In this document: positions 20,714-31,877 of the stretch, piece by piece | Layout of the letters: each line of letters opens with the position of its first letter | Position numbering within the stretch: the stretch's first letter is position 1 | Source: Nostoc sp. | Lineage (GTDB): Bacteria > Cyanobacteriota > Cyanobacteriia > Cyanobacteriales > Nostocaceae | Assembly: GCA_036918135.1 (NCBI GenBank) | Contig: JBALDB010000008.1 | Location: 96,001-160,000 of the forward strand | Direction of reading: 5' to 3' | Length of the DNA: 64,000 bases | The notes under the pieces: generated by a model | The model's database searches: none | What the model was told of the DNA's origin: nothing | The model's input: the letters and a program-made list of their open reading frames with translations, nothing else | Position numbers and translations under genes: made by a program

Positions 20714-21892
20714 ATGGTGCAAGTAATGGTAGACAAACCCCAAGAAATAGAAGTGAATAAATTAGTTAATTCACCCAAAGAAACTTCACAAGTAAAAATC
20801 CAGACTCAATCATCAGTAGAAAATGAACCGTCTATAGTAGAGTCTTTGATTAAAACTGTTGCTGAGACTGGCCAAGCAGTTTTAGACACAGTAATAGGGG
20901 TGGGAGAAGCGACAGCGAAAGAAACACACAAGTTCATTGAGCAAACAACTCAAACCAGCGGTCAAGTCCTAAATCACCTCAGCGAAAACTGGCTAATTAG
21001 AAAACTATCTGGAGTATTAAATCTAAATTGGTTGTTTGGTGCCACTGATGTTGTTGATTTAGAAAAAGCAGAAGTGACGGTAAATAAGCTCAAGCAAAAA
21101 TATCCCAACGAATCACCAGGCGAGATTGCTCACCGCATCATGATGGACAAAGCAGCAAGAGCTGGTGGAATTGGTTTGGCAACGAGTATTTTACCGGGAT
21201 TTGCACTAACATTTTTGGCAATTGATTTAGCAGCGACAACAAAATTACAGTCTGAAATGGTTTATGAGATTGCATGTGACTATGGGTTAGATTTAAAAGA
21301 TCCAGCCCGCAAAGGTGAAGTTTTGGCAATTTTTGGCTTGGCCTTGGGTGGAAGTCGTTTGTTAAAAGCCGCAGGATTAGGCTTATTGCGAAATGTGCCC
21401 TTTGCTGGTGCTGCGATCGCCGTTAGTTCAAATGCGACGATGATCTATTCATTGGGGTATGCTGCTTGTCGATTTTATGAAGCCAAATTGGATGAATCAA
21501 CTTCTCTAGCTTCCCCAGAGACATTGGCAACATTAAAACAACAAAGTGAAGAGTATCTCCAAAGTGCGATCGCTCAACAAGCCATTATGGATCAAATTTT
21601 AGTTCACGCGATCCTTGCCAGTCATCCGGAAAAAACTTGGCAAGAAATTTTGCCACAACTGCAAGCTGTAAATTTAAGTCCTGCCTCTTTAAAAGCCATT
21701 GCCGAAAACATCAAATCACCCAAGCCTTTAGATACACTGCTTAATCAGCTAAGCCGTGATTTTGCCATCCCATTGTTGGCTCAGTGTTCTAAAATTGCCC
21801 AGCTTGATAATCAGATTACACCAGTCGAGCAAGAAATAATCAGTGCGATCGCTAATAAATTTGACATCGATCCTAATGCAATTGGGGCATAG
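20714..21892 (+). CDS. EcsC-family protein (start uncertain, 20645-20726)
   Basis: DLAAT..LQ.EMVYEIA..YG, VPFAGA; TerB-like C-terminal helices. Confidence 0.75.
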   Translation: MVQVMVDKPQEIEVNKLVNSPKETSQVKIQTQSSVENEPSIVESLIKTVAETGQAVLDTVIGVGEATAKETHKFIEQTTQTSGQVLNHLSENWLIRKLSGVLNLNWLFGATDVVDLEKAEVTVNKLKQKYPNESPGEIAHRIMMDKAARAGGIGLATSILPGFALTFLAIDLAATTKLQSEMVYEIACDYGLDLKDPARKGEVLAIFGLALGGSRLLKAAGLGLLRNVPFAGAAIAVSSNATMIYSLGYAACRFYEAKLDESTSLASPETLATLKQQSEEYLQSAIAQQAIMDQILVHAILASHPEKTWQEILPQLQAVNLSPASLKAIAENIKSPKPLDTLLNQLSRDFAIPLLAQCSKIAQLDNQITPVEQEIISAIANKFDIDPNAIGA

Positions 21893-22095
21893 GGACTGGG
21901 AATTGGGCAAACAAGGAAGTGTGGGAGGGGTGGGAGGAGAGGGAAGAAATGCAGGTGTGGGAGGTTTTGGAGGTGTGGGAGGATGGGGAACAAATCTTGC
22001 CCCCCTCTCTTCCCACACTCCCCACACTTCCCACACCTCCTCTTTCCCCCTCTCTTCCCACACTCCCCATCTCCCCCCCAGCCCCCTCACCATGA
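21890..22095. repeat. GGGAGTGTG-type inverted-arm repeat
   Basis: ggaagtgtgggagggg...cttcccacactccccacac complementary arms. Confidence 0.8.
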
Positions 22096-22151
22096 AACAA
22101 GAATTTTGAGCAATACTGGTACAAGAACGAATATTTAGATAAAATCCCAAA

Positions 22152-23633
22152 ATGACAATTCAACCTAGTAATACGCCTTTGCTAGAGTGGGCAGGCGATA
22201 GTTTGGCAATTGGATTATTTGAAGATGCAGTAGAGTTAACCGGAGAACTGGCAACTTTAGACCAAAAGTTTTCTGGAGTCTTGAAAGAACTGATTGCTGA
22301 AGAGGAATTTAAGGGTAAAGCTAACAGCACCATCTTCACGCGTGTGGGCACTGGTAGCGGAGTTCGGAAAGTGATTTTAGTAGGTTTAGGAAAACTAGAA
22401 GCACTCAAACTAGATACTCTGCGACGCGCTGCGGCTGCGGTAGCCAGAGTAGCCAAAAAGCAAAAAAGCAAAATTCTCGGTTTTAGTTTTCCCTTGTGGA
22501 ATAACGATACAGCCGCAAGTGCCCAAGCGATCGCTGAAGGTGTAGAATTAGCGCTTTACCAAGATATTCGCTTTAAATCAGAACCAGAAGATAAAGGAAC
22601 ACAACTAGAAACCGTAGAATTACTAGGTTTTGATGGACAAGAAGCAGCCATCAACCGCGCCCAGCAAATCGTTTCTGGGGTAATCCTGGCACGGCAGTTA
22701 GTAGCAGCCCCAGCCAATGCAGTAACACCAATTACTTTAGCAGAAACAGCTCAAGCGATCGCTAATGAACACGGTTTACAACTGCAAATTCTCGAACGAG
22801 AAGACTGTGAAAAGTTGGGTATGGGTGCTTTTTTGGGAGTAGCCCAAGCTTCTGATTTGCCACCAAAATTTATTCACCTAACTTACAAGCCAGAAGGTAC
22901 GCCCAAAAAGAAACTGGCAATTATTGGTAAAGGTTTAACCTTCGACTCTGGTGGACTTAATATTAAAGGTGCTGGTAGTGGCATTGAAACCATGAAAATT
23001 GATATGGGCGGTGCGGCTGCAACCTTGGGTGCGGCAAAAGCGATCGCTCAACTCAAGCCAGATTCGGAAGTACACTTTATCTCAGCGGCGACCGAAAACA
23101 TGATTAGCGGTCACGCCATGCGCCCAGGAGACATCCTCACAGCATCAAACGGTAAAACAATCGAAGTCAACAACACCGATGCTGAAGGACGTTTGACACT
23201 AGCAGATGCCTTAGTGTATGCCGACAAATTAGGATTAGATGCGATCGTTGATTTAGCCACCCTCACAGGTGCCAACGTCATCGCCTTGGGTGAGGATATT
23301 GCTGGATTATATACTCCCGATGATGCAGTAGCTTCCGAACTGGAAAAAGCCGCCCAAACATCAGGGGAAAAGATTTGGCGGATGCCAATGGAAGAAAAAT
23401 ATTTTGAAGGGTTGAAATCTGGCATCGCTGACATGAAAAATACCGGGCCGCGTCCTGGTGGTTCTATTACTGCCGCCCTTTTCCTCAAAGAATTCGTCAA
23501 AGAAACTCCTTGGGCGCACTTAGACATAGCCGGGCCAGTGTGGACAGAAAAAGAAAACGGCTACAATGGCGCTGGGGCAACTGGCTACGGTGTTAGAACG
23601 CTGGTTGACTGGGTATTGGGAGCTGGAGAGTAG
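22152..23633 (+). CDS. pepA: Leucyl aminopeptidase (M17)
   Basis: [33 protein letters not shown]. Confidence 0.96.
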   Translation: MTIQPSNTPLLEWAGDSLAIGLFEDAVELTGELATLDQKFSGVLKELIAEEEFKGKANSTIFTRVGTGSGVRKVILVGLGKLEALKLDTLRRAAAAVARVAKKQKSKILGFSFPLWNNDTAASAQAIAEGVELALYQDIRFKSEPEDKGTQLETVELLGFDGQEAAINRAQQIVSGVILARQLVAAPANAVTPITLAETAQAIANEHGLQLQILEREDCEKLGMGAFLGVAQASDLPPKFIHLTYKPEGTPKKKLAIIGKGLTFDSGGLNIKGAGSGIETMKIDMGGAAATLGAAKAIAQLKPDSEVHFISAATENMISGHAMRPGDILTASNGKTIEVNNTDAEGRLTLADALVYADKLGLDAIVDLATLTGANVIALGEDIAGLYTPDDAVASELEKAAQTSGEKIWRMPMEEKYFEGLKSGIADMKNTGPRPGGSITAALFLKEFVKETPWAHLDIAGPVWTEKENGYNGAGATGYGVRTLVDWVLGAGE

Positions 23634-23880
23634 GGACTAGGTACTGGGGAGGATGGGGAAGATGAAGAGATGGGGAGATGAGGGGGATGAGGGAGTGTGG
23701 GGAGTGTGGGGAGATGGGGGAGAGAGGGGGGCAAGATTTCTTCCCCATCCTCCAAAACCTCCAAAACCTCCCACACCTCCATTTCTTCCCTCTCCTCCCA
23801 CACTCCACACACCTCCCACACTATGAGTGAGAAATCCGGGCTATGCCTCCATTCACCAGTCCCCAATCCCCACTCCCCAA
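23634..23880. repeat. GGGAGTGTG-type inverted-arm repeat, inverted relative to the 21890 copy
   Basis: gagtgtggggagtgtggg...cctccaaaacctcccacacc complementary to the 21.9-kb copy. Confidence 0.8.
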
Positions 23881-24013
23881 TAATTCGTGCTATCTTGAGC
23901 TTGCCATTAAAAATGTTGCAATATTAACAAAAGTAATTTGGCTATCTTGAAAGTTAAGCTTTTTGGGCAAAGCCATCTGGTAAAATTTGTAAGGTTTCTA
24001 GAAGCTCTAAGCA

Positions 24014-25036
24014 ATGGGATCGACTCGTGTACGGATCGCAATTGACGCAATGGGAGGGGATCACGCACCCGCTGAAATTGTTGCTGGCGCATTGCGAGCA
24101 AGGGAAGAATTGGGTGTAGATATATTGTTGGTTGGTGATCCCCAACAAATTGAAGCTGCCTTACCGCCAAAAACAAATTTAGGGCAGGTGGAGATCGTGA
24201 CTGCACAAGAAGCGATCGCAATGGATGAGGAGCCTTTAAACGCAGTTAGACGCAAACGCAACGCTTCTATCAATGTGGCGATGGATTTGGTCAAGCAGCA
24301 ACAGGCAGATGCGGTATTTTCAGCAGGTCACTCTGGTGCAGCTATGGCCTCGGCTTTGCTTCGCTTGGGAAGATTACCAGGAGTTGACCGTCCAGCCATT
24401 GGGACTGTTTTTCCTACAATCGTCGCTGGTAAGCCAGTACTGGTACTTGATGTCGGCGCAAATGTAGACTGCCGTCCGAAGTTTTTAGAGCAGTTTGCTG
24501 TCATGGGGTCGGCTTACAGTCAGTATGTCTTGGGTACAACTGAACCGAAGGTAGGTTTATTGAATATCGGTGAAGAAGACTCTAAGGGCAATGACGCGGC
24601 TGTGCGTGCCCATCAACTGCTACGCGAAAATTCCCAAATTAATTTTATTGGTAATGCCGAAGGGCGTGATGTGCTTTCGGGTCATTTTGATGTAATTGTC
24701 TGTGATGGGTTCGTTGGCAATGTCTTATTAAAATTTGCCGAAGCAGTCGGAGAAGTAATTCTGCAAATCTTACGCGAAGAATTACCCCAAGGATTACACG
24801 GTCAGATCGGCTCGGCACTCTTAAAACCCAACTTGAAGCGGATTAAGCAGCGGATGGATCACGCAGAACACGGTGGCGCTTTGCTCTTAGGCGTAGCCGG
24901 AGTTTGTTTGATCGGTCACGGAAGCTCACAAGCACCTTCAATTTTTAATGCAATTCGCATGGCAAAAGAAGCTGTTGACAACCAGGTACTGCAACGAATT
25001 CAGTCCCAATATATATTAGAGCGCGAGAGCGGTTAG
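24014..25036 (+). CDS. plsX: Phosphate acyltransferase PlsX
   Basis: IAIDAMGGDHAP, LDVGAN, LLNIGEE, CDGFVGN. Confidence 0.97.
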   Translation: MGSTRVRIAIDAMGGDHAPAEIVAGALRAREELGVDILLVGDPQQIEAALPPKTNLGQVEIVTAQEAIAMDEEPLNAVRRKRNASINVAMDLVKQQQADAVFSAGHSGAAMASALLRLGRLPGVDRPAIGTVFPTIVAGKPVLVLDVGANVDCRPKFLEQFAVMGSAYSQYVLGTTEPKVGLLNIGEEDSKGNDAAVRAHQLLRENSQINFIGNAEGRDVLSGHFDVIVCDGFVGNVLLKFAEAVGEVILQILREELPQGLHGQIGSALLKPNLKRIKQRMDHAEHGGALLLGVAGVCLIGHGSSQAPSIFNAIRMAKEAVDNQVLQRIQSQYILERESG

Positions 25037-25163
25037 TTATTGGTCGTTGGTTGTTGGTCATTGGTCATTTGCAAAGGACAAATGACTAAGAACAAATGAC
25101 TAAAGACAAGTGACAACCGACAAGGGACAAAAGACAAAAAGCTGATAGCTTGGGAGATTAGGT

Positions 25164-26156
25164 GTGCATAATTTAGGCATAGCAATTACGGGAAGTGGCT
25201 CAGCAGTACCAGCAACTTCCCTAGACAACCAGACATTGACTGAACTGGTTGAAACATCAGATGATTGGATAACCACAAGAACAGGAATTTGTCAACGGCG
25301 ATTAGCACTACCATCAGAGTCATTGAGTATACTCGCTACAGCTGCCAGCAATCAGGCGATCGCAGCTGCGGGAATTAAAGCAGAAGACCTAGATTTGATT
25401 TTGCTGGCAACTTCTACCCCTGACGATTTGTTTGGTAGTGCTTGTCAAGTTCAGGCTAAATTGGGAGCAACCAAAGCAGTAGCTTTTGACTTGACAGCAG
25501 CTTGCTCCGGCTTTGTGTTTGGACTGGTCACAGCAGCCCAATACATCAGAGCAGGTGTCTATCAAAATGTACTGTTGATAGGAGCAGATATCCTCTCTCG
25601 CTGGGTAGACTGGCAAGACCGGCGTACTTGTGTGTTGTTCGGCGATGGTGCAGGAGCAGTAGTATTGCAGGCATCGAAAAGCGATCGCTTATTGGGATTT
25701 GCACTTAAAAGTGATGGTACTCAAAACCATTACCTCAACCTTGGCTATACAGGCTCATCTCAAGAACTACTTTCTGGTATAAATGTCACTAAAGGCGCTT
25801 ACCAACCGATTACTATGAACGGCAAAGAAGTCTACCGCTTCGCCGTCCAAAAAGTACCAGAAATTATTGACAAAGCCTTGTTTCAAGCTAACCTCACTGT
25901 TGACCAAATAGATTGGCTACTGTTACATCAAGCCAATCAGCGGATTCTTGACGCTGTTGCCCAACGCCTAAATATCCCAGAAAATAAAGTTATCAGTAAT
26001 CTCGCTCAGTATGGCAATACCTCCGCTGCTTCGATTCCCCTAGCTTTAGATGAAGCAGTGCGCCAAGGCAAAATCAAACCCAATCACATCGTTGCTACAT
26101 CTGGCTTTGGTGCCGGTCTTACATGGGGCGCAGCAATTTTTCAATGGGGAAGATAA
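25164..26156 (+). CDS. fabH: 3-oxoacyl-ACP synthase III
   Basis: AACSGF, HQANQRI, YGNTSAASIP, GFGAGLTWG. Confidence 0.97.
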   Translation: MHNLGIAITGSGSAVPATSLDNQTLTELVETSDDWITTRTGICQRRLALPSESLSILATAASNQAIAAAGIKAEDLDLILLATSTPDDLFGSACQVQAKLGATKAVAFDLTAACSGFVFGLVTAAQYIRAGVYQNVLLIGADILSRWVDWQDRRTCVLFGDGAGAVVLQASKSDRLLGFALKSDGTQNHYLNLGYTGSSQELLSGINVTKGAYQPITMNGKEVYRFAVQKVPEIIDKALFQANLTVDQIDWLLLHQANQRILDAVAQRLNIPENKVISNLAQYGNTSAASIPLALDEAVRQGKIKPNHIVATSGFGAGLTWGAAIFQWGR

Positions 26157-26244
26157 ATATTTTGTCATTAGTCATTTGTCCTCTCTTACAAAGTTCTGAT
26201 CCAAGGAAGCCTTGGCTCAGACTTTGCGCTTTGTCCTTTGTTGA

Positions 26245-26300
26245 CTAATGACCAATGACCAATGACCAATGACCAATGACTAAATGACTAATGACCAATG
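26245..26300 (+). repeat. STRR heptamer array (TGACCAA)n
   Basis: Tandem aatgacc units; similar heptamer arrays near 730, 18580, 25060, 33490, 42230, 52850, 53400 and 59870. Confidence 0.85.
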
Positions 26301-27179
26301 ACTAAAACTGCATGGGTGTTTCCCGGACAAGGTTCCCAAGCACTGGGAATGGGAATGGATTTATTAGATATACCTACCGCTAAAGACAAATTTGCCCAGG
26401 CCGAGGCAATTTTAGGCTGGTCTGTAACGGAAATATGTCAAACTCAAGAAGAACAGTTATCCCAGACGCTATATACTCAGCCAAGTCTTTATGTGGTAGA
26501 AAGCATTCTTGCTGACCTTCTCCGGGAGAGAGGGCATCAACCAGATTTAGTTGCTGGACATAGTTTAGGAGAATATGTTGCACTTTATATTGCGGGTGTG
26601 TTTGAGTGGTCGGCTGGTTTATATTTGGTGAAGCGTCGTGCAGAACTTATGGATAGTGCCTCTGGTGGTATGATGGCAGCTTTGATGAACTTTGACCGCG
26701 AACAGTTGGAAAAAGTCATTGCCGAAACGCCTGATGTCGTAGTGGCAAATGACAACAGTTCGGCTCAAGTAGTAATTTCAGGCACCACTGAGGCTGTACA
26801 AGCGGTGATGTCTCAAGTTAAAGCCAAACGTGCTATTCCTTTAAAAGTTTCTGGAGCATTTCACTCACATTTAATAGCTGCTGCTGCTGCGGAATTTCAA
26901 GACATTCTACAATCTGTAGAATTTCAGCCAGCTCTAATCCCAGTTTTATCAAATATAGAACCAATTGCGTCTGTTGATGCCGAAATATTGAAACAACGTC
27001 TTAACAAACAAATGACAGGTTCGGTACGCTGGCGAGAAATTTCTCTGCAATTACCAGCTAACGGCATCGAGCAAGTAATAGAAATTGGCCCTGGTAAAGT
27101 TCTAACTGGCTTAATTAAACGTAATAGCCCCGACTTAATTCTAAAAAATATCAATAAGGCTGCTGATTTGCCTGTTTAA
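26298..27179 (+). CDS. fabD: Malonyl-CoA:ACP transacylase
   Basis: FPGQGSQ, GHSLGE, VSGAFHS. Confidence 0.97.
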   Translation: MTKTAWVFPGQGSQALGMGMDLLDIPTAKDKFAQAEAILGWSVTEICQTQEEQLSQTLYTQPSLYVVESILADLLRERGHQPDLVAGHSLGEYVALYIAGVFEWSAGLYLVKRRAELMDSASGGMMAALMNFDREQLEKVIAETPDVVVANDNSSAQVVISGTTEAVQAVMSQVKAKRAIPLKVSGAFHSHLIAAAAAEFQDILQSVEFQPALIPVLSNIEPIASVDAEILKQRLNKQMTGSVRWREISLQLPANGIEQVIEIGPGKVLTGLIKRNSPDLILKNINKAADLPV

Positions 27180-27298
27180 TTTCTTAGATAATGTTTTAAA
27201 AATACACCAGTTCTGGACTTCAGGCAGAGAAGGAAGATAGGGTAGAAAAATTGCTTGCTTATCTTCCTCATTCCCTTCATTCAGAAGAGACGATAGTT

Positions 27299-28555
27299 TT
27301 AATTTTCAACACTTGTAGGAGAGGAAGAATAACTTCCCAAATCTTCTATTAACCGTACTCCAAATACTATTACGCTTACTATTTGAGACAAGACGAAAGC
27401 CAACCACAACAAATGGTTACTGTGAAAATACCAGGCAGATATAGCTATCGGCGCAAAACCTACCCCCAAGGAAACTAAAGCAGAGTCACGCAAGGTTTTC
27501 CCTTCAGTTAATCCAATAAAGTACCCTTCTAGTATGAGACTAATTGCACAAAATCCCTGACAAGGTAATAACCAGAATAAATAATTAACGATATTTTCAG
27601 TCATCTCAGTATGGTTAGTTAACAGCCCAAATATATTTTCTGGAAAAACAATATATAAAATAGCAACAGGAACTGAAAGGAATATGCTACTTATTACACC
27701 AATCATAATTAGGGGTTTTAACTGCTCCGAAGCTCCCTGACCTTTAAAGTTTCCAGTTAAGCTTTGGATAGCATATCCTACTCCTTGAACAATAAACATA
27801 TTGAAAAATGCTGCCTGAATTAGTACGCTATTTTCAGCTAGCGTATCTGTTCCCATTGCGGAACTCAATTCCGTGAAAATCGAGAAAGTAGAAATTACAG
27901 CCAAACTCTTAATTAACATGTTTCCATTTAGCTTAAAAATGGCTTTGATGGCTGACCAATCTAAAACTTTTTGGCTTAGTGTTGATATTAATGACCAGTC
28001 AATATGAAAACACGCTATAACCAAACCTACTAATAATGCTAAATACTGACTCATTGCTGTAGTTAAGCCAGCACCAGTACTTCCCCAACTCCAGCGAATA
28101 ATAAAGAAGTAGTCCAACACTACATTAGTTAAGCTTTCTATTACAGACAATAGCACCACAAAGCCATTCATTTCTCGTCCAAAAAACCAACCGACTAGGA
28201 CAAAGTTGAGTAAAACCGCAGGCGCTCCCCAAATACGAGCCTGGAAATAGTCAAGACCTGCATTTTTTACCTCTGTTGTACCTACTAAGAAGGTAAACCC
28301 CAGTTGTTGTAAGGGGTAATGAAGAATCAGGATCAGTGTACCGATACTTAAAGCAATTAGACCATTCCGCAGTAAAACTAATAGTATAGCTTCTTGATTG
28401 TTTGCTCCCACAGCTTGTGCTGTCATACCATTGCTAGAGGAGCGTAAGAAATTCAAAACTTTGTATAAATAGCTAAAGAGAATTGTGGCTAAGGAAACTC
28501 CTGCTAAGTAACGGATGTCAGGTAAATGCCCTAGAAAAGCTAAGTCTATTAAACT
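27299..28555 (-). pseudogene. MATE/DinF-type efflux transporter (GntT-like), 5'-truncated
   Basis: Homology begins abruptly at SLIDLAFLGHL inside TM1; no ATG; the upstream sequence belongs to a methyltransferase fragment in another frame. Confidence 0.75.
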
Positions 28556-28769
28556 CAAAAACTTGTTCGGCAATAATCAAATCAAAATTTTCAGGTAAGG
28601 GTGCAGAGCAAATATCATATTCTGGATAGTTAATATTTTTGTAGTTTTGGAAGCCAAACCTCTGCCAAGTACTTCCCGAAATTTCCAATACTCGCCATTT
28701 TTGGTACGGCAAATTCTCTAATAAGTTTGCCGTTTTACGATTCATTATAACTCGACTCCAAGTCAACAT
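28553..28769 (-). pseudogene. Class I SAM-methyltransferase N-terminal fragment
   Basis: MLTWSRVIMNRKT...VLEISG...YPEYDIC...FDLIIAEQVFE breaks where the (E)H motif should follow and runs into MATE sequence. Confidence 0.65.
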
Positions 28770-28783
28770 CTGATTAAATACCT

Positions 28784-29065
28784 TCACTTTTTCAAGATAT
28801 AAACAGTTGGACAAACCTTGCCCAAAATCTGGTAAATTGCCCACAAATATGCTGCATAGCTTGCCTCATAATATTCTTTACCACACGCGTGAATTAACTC
28901 TTTTTTACGCCTTCTCATACGGGACAAATATAGCAGCGTTTCCAGTAGTTCTGTTTCTCCATTCTCAATTGCATACTCTCGCCATTCACTACCAACTAGC
29001 AGATAGTTGTGACGCTGCTTAATAAATCCTCAAACTTGGAAAAAATCTTCAGTAGTTTCAAACAT
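28784..29065 (-). pseudogene. Unannotated 93-codon frame with internal TGA, possibly a methyltransferase C-terminal remnant
   Basis: ATG overlaps the glycosyltransferase stop: MFETTEDFFQV*GFIKQRHNYLLVGSEWREYA...LWAIYQILGKVCPTVYILKK*. Confidence 0.45.
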
Positions 29066-30278
29066 ATAAACCGCTACTCCTATATTTAAAATCTAAAATT
29101 TTATCTACTGCTTTTTTAGTACCACCTGCTGCAATCAAAGAATTGCCTAATAGTTCGACGTTATTGCGAATTTGTGCATTTTGTATTATATTTTCGGTAA
29201 GCGATCGCAATTTATTCAGTTCAATATTTTTCTGTCTTACCCATACTCCTGCGCCTAATTGTTCTAGACGATGAGCAACTAAATATTGATCTCCTCCTTG
29301 GGGAAATATAATCAGTGGAACTTTGTTAATTAGTCCTTCCCAAACACTATTTGTACCTCCATAAGTGATAAACACCTAAGCGTGCTGAAGCACTTGCATT
29401 TGCGGTAGATAATTACTGATAATAAAGTTAGGCGGAATCTCTCCCAATGCAGTAATATCTACAGATTTGCCCACAGACATCACTACAGTATACTCACTAT
29501 CCTCAAAAGCTTGTAAACATCGCTGATAAAAAGAAGTTTTCAAATTATAAATTGTTACTGAACCTAGTGAAATATAAATAACTGATTTTTTATCAATTTT
29601 TTGGAAGTTAAAACTAGGTTCGATTGCTCTCTCACTGTAACAAGGGCCTGTAAAAATATAACTATCATCAAACTTGGAACGTTGCATCTGAAAAACTTCA
29701 GAAGTATAGACGATATTTAAATCTCCCCGCAGATTCATCGAATTCGGTTGCAGCTGAAACACATCTGCTTTATTGATGCGTTTCATCGCATATTTTTGGG
29801 TTAATTGCTGCCAAAGTTGGTTGTGTCGGTAGAACCTTTGCAGATGTTTAGTAATATCGTTCAGGGGATAGGCTGCTAATAGTAGTGACAATGGTGGCAA
29901 AAAGTGAGGCGGTAACAGAAAATTTGTATGGAAGCAAACAGTAGGAATATTTAGTAAGTCAGCAGGGATAGCAGCCCACAAACATTTAGCATGAAAAATT
30001 ACTAATTTCGGGCGATCGCGTTCCAACTTTTCTAATAAAATTGGTACAGCATCTAAGCAGTATTCTATCAATCGCGATTGCAGAGTCGGGTCTGGAGATA
30101 CTGATTTCATAGTGGGGAGTGGCTGAAATCTAGCACCTGCTAACTCGATTTTGTCTTGAAATTCTTCAAAGTAATAATAGTCTACTTTTTCTCCCCGTAA
30201 ACCTAATTCTTGAATTAACCCCAAAGTAGTATCAATGCGGGTATAACTAGGAAGATCGAAAAAAGCAACATCGACCAT
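29058..30278 (-). pseudogene. MGT/GT1-family glycosyltransferase interrupted by an in-frame TAG at 29376-29378
   Basis: YISLGS, LPQMQVLQHA*VFITYGGTNSVWEG...P..GDQ; both ORFs are in one frame separated only by the stop. Confidence 0.88.
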
Positions 30279-30298
30279 AATAGTAAGTTTGGCAGAAA

Positions 30299-30974
30299 TT
30301 AAGCTAGTTTTAAAGCTTGGGAAATAAAGTCAATGTGGGGAGCTTTTTGTGCCATACCTATCCCTACGTGTGTTCCATCTATGCCTTCGTTGACAACTGA
30401 ATTTATAGACCAATCAATTTTTTCTCCAATGTGTTTATTAGCGCCAAAAGCCATTTCTGTAAGACTTAAATCTCTTTCTAAGTTATAAGTCATATCCAAT
30501 AATATAGAGGTTTCATCTTGACCGTCTATTATTAGTTGAGTTATGGCATTATCTTCTATTTGCAGATATTTTTCTTGACTGGATACGACCTTATCTGTGA
30601 GATATTTTAAAGGTTTCCAGTTATTTTCTTTTGTTTCTTGGGTTGTAGTCTGCGATAATATACCATCGAAATAGAAAATTCCATTTACAGAAAAGCTTGA
30701 TTTATTTGCTTTCGTATTGACTACTGAACTTTCCCAAAACTCAGCAACAGAGTAAAACCATCCTGCTTCAAGTTCTACATCAGCATTAGCTATTTCTATA
30801 CTTTCACTCAATTGGCAATTTAGTTTACTTCCTCTAGAGTCTAATAAGTATAATTCGCTTTTTATGTCAGCTATTTTATCGTATAAAATATCACGAATTT
30901 CTAACGCTTGCTGAATATCACCGGATATTAACTGGTTAAATGAATATTGAATTGCAGCTAAACTACCATCAAAA
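30299..30974 (-). pseudogene. CgnB/CgnE-like (M29 aminopeptidase-fold) protein, N-terminally truncated
   Basis: LTEMAFGAN...DWSINSVVNEGIDGTHVGIG...PHIDF metal-ligand pattern; lacks about 70 aa present in the upstream paralogue; no ATG. Confidence 0.65.
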
Positions 30975-31788
30975 TGGAATTTAATTACCAATTAACATTT
31001 TTTGCAATAGTTTTGTTACAACCAAAGCCTATCTCAGTACAACTCAAATTCCGCTCTAAACCGTAATTCATCTCTAGTAGTATGGAAGTGCGATCGCTAC
31101 TATCCAATACTAGACAAGTGATAGCATTATCTTTAATCTCAACATATTTTTCCTGACTGGAAGCTACCCGTTCGAGTAGATATGTCAGAGCATCTTGGTT
31201 GCGTTCTCTAACATCTGGGTTTGCACAAGCATATACTATTCCATCAAAAAAGAAAGTACCCTCGACTGAAAAACTTGATTTATCGCTTTGAATATTTACT
31301 ATCCCACTTTCTAATATTTCTGATATTGAATAAAACCATCCTGGTTCTAGCTCATCATCAGTATTTACAACTTCTAAATTTTCTGAGAGGAAGCAGTTAA
31401 GCTTACTTCCTTTATCATCAAATAAATACAATTCTTCTTCTGTCTCAGCAATTTGCTCATAAACTTGAGTTCTGAGTTCTAACACTTGTCTAAAATTACA
31501 AGAGAGAAGCTGCTCGAAAGAATAAGCGACTGCAAGCTGATTTGGATCGTATCTTATCACTAGCAAATGGATGAGTGTGCTTGCAGATGTATTCGATTTT
31601 ACGATCTCATCGTGATAATGGTAATCCGAAATTATAGCAAATACTGTTTGTTGAGCAGTGAAGTCATAATTATCAAATAAAACTGTCTGATATCCCTGTT
31701 CTCGAAAATAAGAACCAATTTGATCGCTGTCAATCAGGATAGGAATTTTTTTATTGAGTAAAGCCTGATGAAAATTTATAATGTGCAT
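30970..31788 (-). pseudogene. CgnB/CgnE-like paralogue, C-terminally truncated
   Basis: Aligns along its length with the downstream paralogue (GSKLNC.LSE, LE.GWFYS..E, KSSFSV.G.F.FDG, LER.LS.TE..FG.NK); TAA at NVNW*LNSIL, then sequence switches. Confidence 0.65.
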
Positions 31789-31837
31789 TGTATTAAAAAC
31801 AGTAATCTCAATTGAGATACCCAATTAAGAATATAAT

Positions 31838-31864
31838 GTAGAGACGGAATATATCCCGTCTCTA
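31838..31864. repeat. REP-like palindrome (GTAGAGACG...CGTCTCTA)
   Basis: Hairpin; a related copy lies at 42976-43002. Confidence 0.7.
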
Positions 31865-31877
31865 TAATCGACAATTT

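Noticed and set aside
27299..28573. Guanitoxin cluster suggested by the GntT-like MATE
   Set aside because: None of the other gnt enzymes (PLP enzymes, hydroxylases, kinase) is present.
29376..29378. Programmed amber readthrough (pyrrolysine) in the GT
   Set aside because: No pyl genes are seen, it is not expected in cyanobacteria, and neighbouring genes are also broken.
31789..31877. RiPP precursor upstream of the CgnB/E-like gene
   Set aside because: Only 89 bp with a palindrome; no ATG-initiated ORF ending in Trp was found.
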